Of a stretch of 64,000 nucleotides of DNA, positions 10,320 through 18,560 are shown in pieces. The notes below the pieces were generated by a model. The model made no database searches, had not been told where the DNA came from, and worked only from the letters and a program-made list of their open reading frames with translations. The DNA is from Pseudomonadota bacterium (GTDB lineage Bacteria; Pseudomonadota; Alphaproteobacteria; Rhizobiales; JACESI01). Positions within the stretch are counted from its first letter, which is position 1; each line of letters begins with the position of its first letter. The stretch is taken from NCBI GenBank assembly GCA_039181265.1, contig JBCDCU010000001.1, forward strand, positions 4,134 to 68,133, in the 5' to 3' direction. A program made the translations under genes and the position numbers.

Positions 10320-10454
10320 ATTCCCACCAATGCGACTGTAGAAGCGACAGCTACTTCGAGCGAGTCTTCAGAACGCTCGCATATCGAAACACCAAGAATA
10401 GTCTTTGGGACGATACCGGCGATTTGAGACTTCACTCTAGAAGCGGCGACACAC

Positions 10455-10480
10455 TGGCTGGCTTTTGAATTTGGCTGGCT
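10455..10480 (-). promoter_or_regulatory. Box A: TGGCTGGCT-N8-TGGCTGGCT direct repeat upstream of sigma-1
   Basis: Read directly; 136-161 nt upstream of the ATG at 10319. One of five related sites. Confidence 0.6.
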
Positions 10481-10667
10481 GGTGTCGCATTAGTGCGCGG
10501 TCGCCCGGAGTGGTCAACCCAGACGGGTTTCCGCAAAGGCTCTCTTCCCGCGACTGTGTTACCGCTGCAACATTCGTTTCGAAGGGCTCATCATGGCGCG
10601 AGATGGTTTTGTTCCTCCCCATCGTGGTGATGAGCGGGATACAACACAGAACAATCTCCCGGATTCA

Positions 10668-13001
10668 TCAAAACGAAATGGTTCCAGAAATCCCAAAAGT
10701 ACGCGGGCGCCCGACAACAAATCCCGAGCCCGTCGTGGAGGTGGTGAAGCGATTATCGGCAAGGTTTTTGATAAAACCATCTATTCGGGTGACCACGCCG
10801 TTGCTTACCTCGTGTTCATAGGCCGCTGAGACATCGACAACGACGTAGTTGTCCAATTCAGGGTCTCCGAGAAATGATGATTGCGCTCCAACAAACCTTG
10901 CGTCTAATGAAGCGGAAAAGCCAAAATCGGAGATATAGGATAGTCCGGCACTTGCTGTGATGCTCGGAGCTCTTGGCAAATCCGCGCCCTCGAATTGAGG
11001 GAGATTTGGGCCGGCATCCGTGATTTCCGTATCGAGAAGCCCTAAACCGCCGGTTAGTCTGACCCCTTCAAAAACTTCAAAACTTCCGTCCAGTTCCAGA
11101 CCAAGTCCGCGCGCTTCAGGTACATTCCCAAAGAGCTCAAGAACGCCTGCGGCGCCAGGTGTTTGAGCATCTTCGAACGTATAGAAAAAGGCGCTGCCAT
11201 TGATCGCCAAACGACTGTCAAACCATTGCGTTTTGGCAAAAATCTCGTGTTGGCGCAGGCGTTCTGAATCAAACTCGACAACAGTATTGGTGGGATCGAA
11301 AAGATCGAAATCGACACCACCCGGTCGGAAACCTTCCGAATAGGTGTATCCGATCCGCGCATCTTCGGTCAGATCATATCGCAAACCAACTTTTGGAATG
11401 AATGCTGTTTCTTCGACAAGCGTATCGCTTCCCGACCCCGCCAATGCAACAAAACGCTCGCGTTCGTCTATTTCAACACGAGCGCCGACTATCAGTGTCA
11501 AGCGCTCTAAAAGGTCAACCTCGGCTTCACCAAAGATACCGATATTCTCAATATCGGCATCCAAACTGAACGCACCTAGAAGTCCAACACCATTTGAAGC
11601 CTCGTCTTTCTGGGTTTCATAAGCAACTCCGAACAAGCCTTTCGAAAGTCTGCCAAAATCGTTCAACCTCACAAAGCCTTCTGCGGTCAACGTATCTGTG
11701 GTTTGCGTGATATCGAACAGAGGATTGCTTGGAGGAATTACAAATTCATTGTCCAGAAATGCCGCCTTGGTTTCCACAGTGATACGATCAGAAAGCTCGT
11801 AAATCACCGAGCCCGAGTAAACTGTCTGCTCGTTATCATCTACGGAGGTTGAATCAAAAAACGTCGCCAATTGGAGCAAACTCACCGGTTCGCTGACATC
11901 ACCCGGCTGAAACAACCGGACGCTCGACGAATCATCCACACTGAATTTTACAGATAGTCCAGGCACAGCATCCGGTGTGAAAAGGACTTTTCCGCGGAAG
12001 CGTCGAAATTCTTCATCCTCCACGAGATCTGCGGTTTCTGCAGACAAAGGTGGCAAAAATCCTGGCGGGAAAGACGTTGCCGCACCGGGCAGGACTTCAA
12101 CGAAGGTTTCACCGTCGGATGCTTCGGCTGTGAAGCGAACGGCAAGCTGGTCATCAACGATTGGGACATTGACTAAGAATGCACCACCAAGTGTTCCATC
12201 CTGATTGAAATAGTTGAGCCGGGCTTTAGCCTCAAATTTGTTAGTTGGGTCTTTTGTCTGAACTCGGATGGCTCCACCCAGCGCATTGCGACCTGTCGTC
12301 GTGGCCTGTGGTCCGCGCGCCACTTCTATCGCTTCGACATCCCAAACACTGTTTAAAGAAGGGGTTGCCCCGATTGTCAGCGGACGCGGAACGCCATCAA
12401 CGATAATGGGTACACGCGGTTGCGCACCAGTTGTGAACGAGTTGCCGCCAATCTGGCCCGCACTGCCGTCTATGCCGCGAATTGATGGCAGTTGGCCTCC
12501 TTCTTCATTCAAGACATTCGGTATACCTTGAATGGCCTCCCGTTGATCCAAATTCTGTGGGCGGTCAACACTGTCATCGAGAACCACGATACTGGGTGTA
12601 ATTTCCTGCAGACTTCGTCCGATTTTCTCGCCTTCGACAATCACCACTTCGTCGAGTAGGAAATCGCCATCCTGCGATGAGCCAACGCCTTGTCGCCCAC
12701 TTTCCGTCAGCGCAAAACTTCTGTCCGGGAGCTGAAGAAAAGACAAGCCGGTCCCCGCAACCATGGACATTAGAGCCTGTTTTGGCGTCAGCTGCCCTTT
12801 GACGGCACGGCTTGTTTTCCCGCGAACCAGACTGCTCTTTACGATGATGGCCCGACCGGTTTCCGCGCTGAGTTCGTTGATTGCGGCGTCTAGCGGTTGC
12901 GCCGGGACATCAATATCGCGGATTTCCTGTGCCTCAACCTTTACCGTAGCCGTGATTATCAAAGCGGCAGACAGTGCTGTCGTCATCAGCTTATTTTTCA
13001 T
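10668..13001 (-). CDS. TonB-dependent transducer with STN domain, cassette 2
   Basis: 777 aa, collinear with cassettes 1 and 3 (IDVPAQPLDAAINELSAETGRAI, LLDEVVIVEGEKIGRSLQEITPSIVVL, ...GISGTISF). Confidence 0.92.
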   Translation of the reverse strand: MKNKLMTTALSAALIITATVKVEAQEIRDIDVPAQPLDAAINELSAETGRAIIVKSSLVRGKTSRAVKGQLTPKQALMSMVAGTGLSFLQLPDRSFALTESGRQGVGSSQDGDFLLDEVVIVEGEKIGRSLQEITPSIVVLDDSVDRPQNLDQREAIQGIPNVLNEEGGQLPSIRGIDGSAGQIGGNSFTTGAQPRVPIIVDGVPRPLTIGATPSLNSVWDVEAIEVARGPQATTTGRNALGGAIRVQTKDPTNKFEAKARLNYFNQDGTLGGAFLVNVPIVDDQLAVRFTAEASDGETFVEVLPGAATSFPPGFLPPLSAETADLVEDEEFRRFRGKVLFTPDAVPGLSVKFSVDDSSSVRLFQPGDVSEPVSLLQLATFFDSTSVDDNEQTVYSGSVIYELSDRITVETKAAFLDNEFVIPPSNPLFDITQTTDTLTAEGFVRLNDFGRLSKGLFGVAYETQKDEASNGVGLLGAFSLDADIENIGIFGEAEVDLLERLTLIVGARVEIDERERFVALAGSGSDTLVEETAFIPKVGLRYDLTEDARIGYTYSEGFRPGGVDFDLFDPTNTVVEFDSERLRQHEIFAKTQWFDSRLAINGSAFFYTFEDAQTPGAAGVLELFGNVPEARGLGLELDGSFEVFEGVRLTGGLGLLDTEITDAGPNLPQFEGADLPRAPSITASAGLSYISDFGFSASLDARFVGAQSSFLGDPELDNYVVVDVSAAYEHEVSNGVVTRIDGFIKNLADNRFTTSTTGSGFVVGRPRTFGISGTISF

Positions 13002-13058
13002 CGCGCCCCATTCCCCGTTACTTGCGAAAAGACTTCTTTCACTGACTCAACGGATGGG

Positions 13059-13094
13059 GATCGAGTTTGTCCTATGAAAAATGACTTTTTTTGT
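13059..13094 (-). promoter_or_regulatory. Candidate ECF-dependent promoter of the cassette-2 receptor
   Basis: The minus strand reads GACAAAAAAAGTCA-N18-CGA. Confidence 0.4.
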
Positions 13095-13175
13095 CAGGAT
13101 TTTCCTCGTGATGGGTCAGGAAGCGAATAGGCGGATCCGCATACCCGATGAATCAGGAAGCTCGTCTCATGAGTG

Positions 13176-14093
13176 TTAGCGGTTCGAAACAAGCGTTCCG
13201 AGCGGTCCTGCCGACCTCACCGTTGCTCCGCTTGTCGCGGCAAGCGCCCTGAGCGCATCCATGGGACTGGTAAGGTTGAGGCGTCCCGAAACGCGTGTAC
13301 TCGCAAGCTCCGCGCCGATAATGATGACCGGGCCTGGAAGCCTGCGCTCAAGAACCTCAACAACTTCACCAAAGGTCATCCCATCGGCGACAAGGAAGCC
13401 TTCCCGCCATGTTGCGATCGTGTCAAAGCCAATGGCTTCAAGAATAGGATCCTCACCATCCGGCAATTGGAGGCTTTCACCGGAGCCAAGACTGAAGACA
13501 CGGCCAGCCCGTCGGACATCCACCGCCCCCTCGACCACCGCGACAAGAACCTTGTCGTCGAGCCTAGCAACCTCAAACGCCGTGCCGGTCACCTCGATAG
13601 CGGTTTCGTCTACGTCCACCACAAACCGCTTTTCGCCACTTTGGACTTCGAAAAAGGCGGCGCCTTTTAAAAGCGTCACGCGGCGAACATCCGTATCTGA
13701 TGCGTCGACCAGAGCGGTCGATGCGTCAAGATGCGTCCTATCACCGGAGGCGAGCGCTATTTGCTGCGTATCGAGGGCTGTGATTGCATCTGCACGCCAG
13801 TAAATCGAAACCGGCTCATAGGCGGCGTAGAGGGCAGTACCAGCCGCTATTGCGACAAGGATTGAGAGATAAGGCGGTTTTTTTGGTTTTGGCGTCAGCG
13901 CAAATTTCGCGGTTTTGACTGCACGCAGGACGCGTGCATAGGTCTTTCGTTCAGCCTCACCACGCGCAAGGAATGCCTCTTTTTCCCGTTGCGCCTGCAG
14001 ATCCTCGGGATCTTCGTTAAGGCGTCGAAAAATTTTGGCGGCCTCCTCGGCGCGCTGCACCTCATCCGGGTCCGGGTCATCAGGGTCGGACAT
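13176..14093 (-). CDS. FecR-family anti-sigma factor, cassette 2
   Basis: Paralogue of 8851-9768. The start is set to ATG 14093 (MSDPDDPDPDE). That reproduces the 70-72 nt sigma-FecR spacer seen in the other two cassettes. The ORF track extends to 14126. Confidence 0.85.
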   Translation of the reverse strand: MSDPDDPDPDEVQRAEEAAKIFRRLNEDPEDLQAQREKEAFLARGEAERKTYARVLRAVKTAKFALTPKPKKPPYLSILVAIAAGTALYAAYEPVSIYWRADAITALDTQQIALASGDRTHLDASTALVDASDTDVRRVTLLKGAAFFEVQSGEKRFVVDVDETAIEVTGTAFEVARLDDKVLVAVVEGAVDVRRAGRVFSLGSGESLQLPDGEDPILEAIGFDTIATWREGFLVADGMTFGEVVEVLERRLPGPVIIIGAELASTRVSGRLNLTSPMDALRALAATSGATVRSAGPLGTLVSNR

Positions 14094-14165
14094 GTTTGCC
14101 GGTTCCATTCGCCGTTCTCTTCTCACTTACATAACGAACGGGAACTGCAAATTGCCTGAAAAAAA

Positions 14166-14645
14166 TCAGTCGGTGAGGACACAGGTGATCGCAATGATGG
14201 TCTCTTCGACAAGACCGTGCGCGCGGGACCGTGACATTTCCAAACGCTTCCCGATATCCGCAAACGTGAGGCCATCGACAAAGCGCATATGAAAGGCTGC
14301 GACCGTTCTCTTCGGGAGTTTTTCAAGTGCACGCACCACGCGCGCAAGCTCCTGCCGGGCAATTAAGACCCGTTCGCTATCGAACTCAACCTCTTCAACG
14401 AGCATCAGCTCGGATAGAATCTGCTCCTCGGTTTGACGAGAGCGTGACCAGTCCAAAGCGAGGTTGGTAACGATACGTTTGAAGATTGGGAGGGCCTTCT
14501 CTGATGGGTATGCCTTTTTATCCCACCTGAGCCAGCTGTCCTGCACCAATTCCTCGGCTATTGCGCGGCTTTTCACCATACGCAGTGCAATGCCAATGAG
14601 GCGTTCTCTTTCATTGACGAAAGTCGAAAGTGCGGGATCTGCCAT
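14166..14645 (-). CDS. ECF sigma factor (FecI-like), cassette 2
   Basis: 159 aa, collinear with the other two (MADPALSTFVNERERLIGIALRMVKSRAIAEELVQDSWLRW). Confidence 0.9.
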   Translation of the reverse strand: MADPALSTFVNERERLIGIALRMVKSRAIAEELVQDSWLRWDKKAYPSEKALPIFKRIVTNLALDWSRSRQTEEQILSELMLVEEVEFDSERVLIARQELARVVRALEKLPKRTVAAFHMRFVDGLTFADIGKRLEMSRSRAHGLVEETIIAITCVLTD

Positions 14646-14774
14646 GTTTCCACCGACCAGGTTTCAAGGGCCTACTTTCTTGTACTTTCTGCCCAAACGA
14701 AGGACTCGAAATGAAGATGCGAGTGTCCTGTCCGAACCGAAAATGTGTGAAAGGGCTCCTAAGCGAGAAACTGA

Positions 14775-14801
14775 TGGCTGGCTGCGCACGCGTGGCTGGC
14801 T
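14775..14801 (-). promoter_or_regulatory. Box B: TGGCTGGCT-N9-TGGCTGGCT upstream of sigma-2
   Basis: Read directly; 130-156 nt upstream of the ATG at 14645. The palindrome CACGCGTG (14787-14794) spans the spacer and the first two bases of the second repeat. Confidence 0.6.
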
Positions 14802-15087
14802 AATGTCGGATTATACTGCGCCGATTAGTTGATTGCGGTCAACCCTGCAGTCATTATAGGTTCTCAGTACTATGAGATAGTGTTCCTTATGCAACATTCT
14901 AGAATTCCGAAAATAATCCGAGTTCTTTATTGTGCAATTACATCAGCATCGTCAGATCAATCTCATCAAGCACAGCGCGTTATATTTAATTGAACGCCCA
15001 GATTTAATATCAAGCAGATCGAAAACTTTCTGATCAAAAGATGGAGCGAATACCTCACCGCCAATCAACATTGCCCGCCCAAAAAAG

Positions 15088-16224
15088 CTAACCACGAACG
15101 CGGACTGGAATAACAAAATTCCGGCGGGCGCCAGATGGCGGTTTCGGAAAAGGGGCTGCTCGACGGACAAGATCAAGAGCAGCCTTATCCACCTCAGATG
15201 ACCCCGAACTCCTGGCAACAGAAATGCTTGAAATCCGTCCGTTCTGGGAAATGACAAATCGGATGCGTGCGGTACCCTTCCCTCCCACACGTTTCGCTCT
15301 CGTTCGCGCTATGCGTCTTTGAACTTTTCCGGGATAATTTGAGACGGCAGCATTACCGGCTTTCGCTTTGCGACGTTCGCCCTTTGCACTCTTTTCCTTA
15401 GATTTTCCGGATGTCTGACCGTCAGAAAGGCCCTTTTTTTTGTTTGCTGTCGAATTTGCGTTCTTACGGCCCTGCTTCTTTTCGGTTTTCTTCTTCTGAA
15501 CCTTCTTTTCCTGCGGCGGTTTCTTCTTGGTTGCCGCTTTCGGAGGAGCAGGTGGTTTAGGTTTAATAACTGGCGCAGGAGCAGCCTCAAGCTCAGGCAA
15601 AGGCTCAAGGCTTTCAACCGGTTCGATCGTTTCTATCGGTTCGATTTGATCTGGCGCCAATGCCGCGATTTGTTGGGGCGTCTCTACCGGTTCTGGAATG
15701 GGGGCATCCATCGGAAGAGGGCTCAACGGATCCGGTCTTGGTTGCGCTTCTGTCGGCACGGGCGGGATAGTCGACGCCTGCACAACCGGTCTCGGTTCGG
15801 CTGGTAGCTGTGCTTCAGGATTGACGGGGGGAAGGGTCTCCGTTGGCCTCAGTTGATCCATTGGCTCGGGATCTACTTCCACCATCTGTTCGATTTTTTC
15901 GTCAGTCGGCGTTTCGGTTGGCGTTTCAGTGTCTGTGACCTGTTCAAGGTCTGTATCGGGCTCCATTCGGTCGGGCTCGACCGGCTCCATTTCCGATATC
16001 TCGGCATCATCTTCAGCCACGACAGGGTCCATTGGCTCAAGCTGATCACCTTCCGCGACCATATCTTCGAAATCGTTTCCAAGCATCGCAACTTCGGTTG
16101 TCGCTCCGCCTGCGATCTCGGCTCTTTCCTCCGCCAGACTGAAGTAAACGAGAACGCCAAGATGTATGATTCCTGACGCCGCCAAGGCGAGAAGCGCTTT
16201 CGATAAAGTGCTTTGTGGCATCAC
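15088..16224 (-). CDS. tonB: TonB family energy-transducing protein
   Basis: N-terminal TM anchor, a long Pro/Glu/Lys-rich spacer, and a C-terminal TonB_C-like GTARIRFVISQNGRISSISVARSSGSSEVDKAALDLVRRAAPFPKPP. Overlaps exbD by 4 nt. Confidence 0.88.
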   Translation of the reverse strand: MMPQSTLSKALLALAASGIIHLGVLVYFSLAEERAEIAGGATTEVAMLGNDFEDMVAEGDQLEPMDPVVAEDDAEISEMEPVEPDRMEPDTDLEQVTDTETPTETPTDEKIEQMVEVDPEPMDQLRPTETLPPVNPEAQLPAEPRPVVQASTIPPVPTEAQPRPDPLSPLPMDAPIPEPVETPQQIAALAPDQIEPIETIEPVESLEPLPELEAAPAPVIKPKPPAPPKAATKKKPPQEKKVQKKKTEKKQGRKNANSTANKKKGLSDGQTSGKSKEKSAKGERRKAKAGNAAVSNYPGKVQRRIARTRAKRVGGKGTARIRFVISQNGRISSISVARSSGSSEVDKAALDLVRRAAPFPKPPSGARRNFVIPVRVRG

Positions 16225-16643
16225 AATCCCCGTTCTGTGACGACAACGACCCGAGCGGCCCCCTTCGACCGCAATTCATTGGAGAGCGCGACCAAATCAC
16301 GCGCTGGTAATTCTCTGTCCGGGACGATCCGGATGATCAGTGCGTTCTCATTTTCTTCAAAAGCACTATCGATCGCTTCGTCACGTCGAAAGGCAAGATG
16401 ATCATCGATCGTTGTGTCCGCACCACGAAAACTCAATCGCTTATCTGAGAAAATCAGCAGCGCATCCGGCGGCTCTTTGCCGTCGAGATTAGAGAGTTTG
16501 ATGAGTGACAGATCGCGATCAATCGGTGCAGCGAGCGTTCCGGCGATGAGAAAGAAAATCAGCATCAAGAATACGATGTTGATCAGCGCAATGGTTGGTT
16601 CGGCCTTTTTTCGCGGGACTTTCGATGTCAGTTTGCCTGCCAC
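16221..16643 (-). CDS. exbD: ExbD/TolR family biopolymer transport protein (second copy)
   Basis: 140 aa; the N-terminus EPTIALINIVFLMLIFFLI is typical of ExbD. Confidence 0.85.
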   Translation of the reverse strand: MAGKLTSKVPRKKAEPTIALINIVFLMLIFFLIAGTLAAPIDRDLSLIKLSNLDGKEPPDALLIFSDKRLSFRGADTTIDDHLAFRRDEAIDSAFEENENALIIRIVPDRELPARDLVALSNELRSKGAARVVVVTERGL

Positions 16644-16644
16644 G

Positions 16645-17028
16645 TTACTGCACCAAGGTTATGCGAACAGGTGCTGCACGGGTCAACGAGACCATGGTTT
16701 CGATCAGAACCTGGGAGGTTAACGTTTCGCCGATCGAGAGTATGACGATATCCGATCCCTTCTCATGCAGTTCAGCCACCTCAATCTCCGCTTCTTCCAG
16801 TGTTCTTATCTGCCCGTTGACCGTCAGAGTTTCGGCATCGCGTTTGATGAAGATGGGCGGTTCTTGCGATCTTGTCGCGCCCGCTGAACCACTGGCAGTA
16901 ACGAGATCAAGTTCGCCAAATTTCGAAAATGTCGATGACAGCATAAAAAAGAGCAGCAAGAGAAAGATGACGTCGATCAAAGACGTCATCGAGAGTGTCC
17001 TGCGCCGAAATCGCTTCTTTGCAAGCAC
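16645..17028 (-). CDS. exbD: ExbD/TolR family protein (first copy)
   Basis: 127 aa; MTSLIDVIFLLLLFFML is the ExbD signature. Confidence 0.85.
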   Translation of the reverse strand: MLAKKRFRRRTLSMTSLIDVIFLLLLFFMLSSTFSKFGELDLVTASGSAGATRSQEPPIFIKRDAETLTVNGQIRTLEEAEIEVAELHEKGSDIVILSIGETLTSQVLIETMVSLTRAAPVRITLVQ

Positions 17029-17039
17029 GCTTTCCTCCG

Positions 17040-17744
17040 CTATCGGGCCGCTAGGGCCTCTGTCGGTTCAAGTTGTCTATTGGTGCTTTGAATGGGCGCG
17101 CCAACCGGTTGAGGTCCAAGAAGGCGGCTTATGATCAATTCGGCGGCTTGCCTTTCCCGCGCAACCCGGCTCTCGAAATAGGTCAAAAAGAGCGACGTTG
17201 GCATGGCCACTGCCAAACCAACAGCCGTTGTCAGCAAGGCGACCCAGATGCCGCCGGCCAGTATTGAAGGATCAACCGCGTTTCCCGCGTTCTGCAGTTT
17301 CTGAAAGGCTTCAATCATGCCGAGAACTGTTCCAAAGAGGCCCAGGAGCGGAGCAATCTGTGCGACTGAATCGAGGATCCGAAAGCCGCGTTCAAGCTTT
17401 GAGAGGCTCTGGTCTGCTTCAACGCTGAGATAGCTTTCCAACTGATTGTCTTCAGGCTTTTGAAGCCGTTGCGCATGAAGAGCTCTCATTGCGTCATGTG
17501 CAATTCGATCACTTAGCGATTTGCGATCAGAGACTAACGCAAGCCCCTTGGATTCATGTCCCGATGCCCAATCAGCAACAGCGTTCATGGCCCGTTTATG
17601 GATGCCGACGCCTGCCATTACGAACTGAACCGCTTTGTAGAGCGCGACAGCTAGCGATATGACTGAGAGGATCAAAAGCAAGACGACAACGGGGCCGCCG
17701 AGGTCAACAATATTCCGGAATTGCTCTGTAAGCGCCGCAATCAT
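17040..17744 (-). CDS. exbB: ExbB/MotA/TolQ family proton channel
   Basis: 234 aa; APLLGLFGTVLGMIEAF and ILAGGIWVALLTTAVGL are the MotA/TolQ/ExbB core. Confidence 0.9.
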   Translation of the reverse strand: MIAALTEQFRNIVDLGGPVVVLLLILSVISLAVALYKAVQFVMAGVGIHKRAMNAVADWASGHESKGLALVSDRKSLSDRIAHDAMRALHAQRLQKPEDNQLESYLSVEADQSLSKLERGFRILDSVAQIAPLLGLFGTVLGMIEAFQKLQNAGNAVDPSILAGGIWVALLTTAVGLAVAMPTSLFLTYFESRVARERQAAELIISRLLGPQPVGAPIQSTNRQLEPTEALAAR

Positions 17745-17749
17745 GATCC

Positions 17750-18220
17750 CTATCCAATCAGTTCAAGCTTGGTTTTTGTCTCAAGTTTGAGTTCTTTTTC
17801 GCAAAGGGTTGCATCTGCTCCGGCCACTTTGCAGACTGACGTGCCGTTGATGAGGATGCGGCCCAAATCAGTGCATGCGGTCTTTGGAACAGCAAACTGG
17901 CGGACCCTCGGACGTCCATTCGGCAGTGCCTTAAAGTCAAACAGAGTCAGGCGCAAAAACGTTCCGCTTGCATCAAAGAGAACCGTCTCCAGCGACAGGC
18001 TGTCGATATCTTTGCCGGTTGTATTATTGGCTAGAAAAACCAGCCGGCACCTCTCTCCATCTTGCTGAGTTGCATTGAGCTCTATTGAGAGGCCAGAGCT
18101 TCCGGTCTCCTCGCTGTAAGCGGGCGCAAAACTCACCATACACACAAGGAGCGCCGACAAAATGGGAAGAAAAAATCGTTTGAAGGGAAGCGAACCGTTG
18201 TGTCGAATACGCGGCATCAA
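17750..18220 (-). CDS. Secreted/periplasmic hypothetical protein, first gene of the exbB-exbD-exbD-tonB operon
   Basis: 156 aa; signal-peptide-like FFLPILSALLVCMVSFAPAYS; 5-nt gap to exbB. I recognise no family. Confidence 0.6.
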   Translation of the reverse strand: MMPRIRHNGSLPFKRFFLPILSALLVCMVSFAPAYSEETGSSGLSIELNATQQDGERCRLVFLANNTTGKDIDSLSLETVLFDASGTFLRLTLFDFKALPNGRPRVRQFAVPKTACTDLGRILINGTSVCKVAGADATLCEKELKLETKTKLELIG

Positions 18221-18249
18221 TGCACTCCATTGGCGGCAGTTACATGATG

Positions 18250-18276
18250 CGGCTGGCTGGTTTTGACTGGCTGGCT
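18250..18276 (-). promoter_or_regulatory. Box C: cGGCTGGCT-N9-TGGCTGGCT upstream of the exbB/tonB operon
   Basis: Read directly; 30-56 nt upstream of the ATG at 18220. Confidence 0.6.
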
Positions 18277-18439
18277 AACATCTATTTCTGAGTTTTTCGC
18301 TCAGAATAACGAAGCCTGTCAACGTCAAAAATGGCGCAGGGCGAAACGTCTGTTGCGAAAAAACAACCACTTGGTGTGAAAGAAAGAAGGTTCATATTTT
18401 ATCTTGACTAAAAAGGTCAGCAATTAAAAGGTAGTGTAA

Positions 18440-18477
18440 AGCCAGCCGATCGGGGCGCTTTTCCCGATAGCCAGCCA
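18440..18477 (+). promoter_or_regulatory. Box E: AGCCAGCCG-N20-AGCCAGCCA (same motif, gene-sense orientation) upstream of the plus-strand receptor
   Basis: Read directly. The 20-nt spacer ATCGGGGCGCTTTTCCCGAT can form an ATCGGG/CCCGAT hairpin. The site is 84-121 nt upstream of the ATG at 18561. Confidence 0.5.
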
Positions 18478-18560
18478 ACCTCATGAGATGTGGCGCATGT
18501 GCTGGCTTTCTTTCATCAAAAAACCAGCTCTAGCGTCCGGACTGCGGAACGGAATGGGTA

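Noticed and set aside
10320-10454. Fur box, Irr ICE or RirA IRO motifs between the sigma genes and the TGGCTGGCT boxes
   Set aside because: I could not recognise any of these consensus sequences by eye in the three sigma upstream regions. The CTTC-N6-GAAG word near 10425 is too weak. A matrix scan would be needed for a definitive negative.
13173-13803. 165-aa and 180-aa plus-strand ORFs inside FecR-2, with similar antisense ORFs inside the receptors and PepSY genes (for example 5195-5800 and 7616-7948)
   Set aside because: They are shadow ORFs opposite conserved paralogous CDSs, with Arg/Ser/Thr-rich translations.
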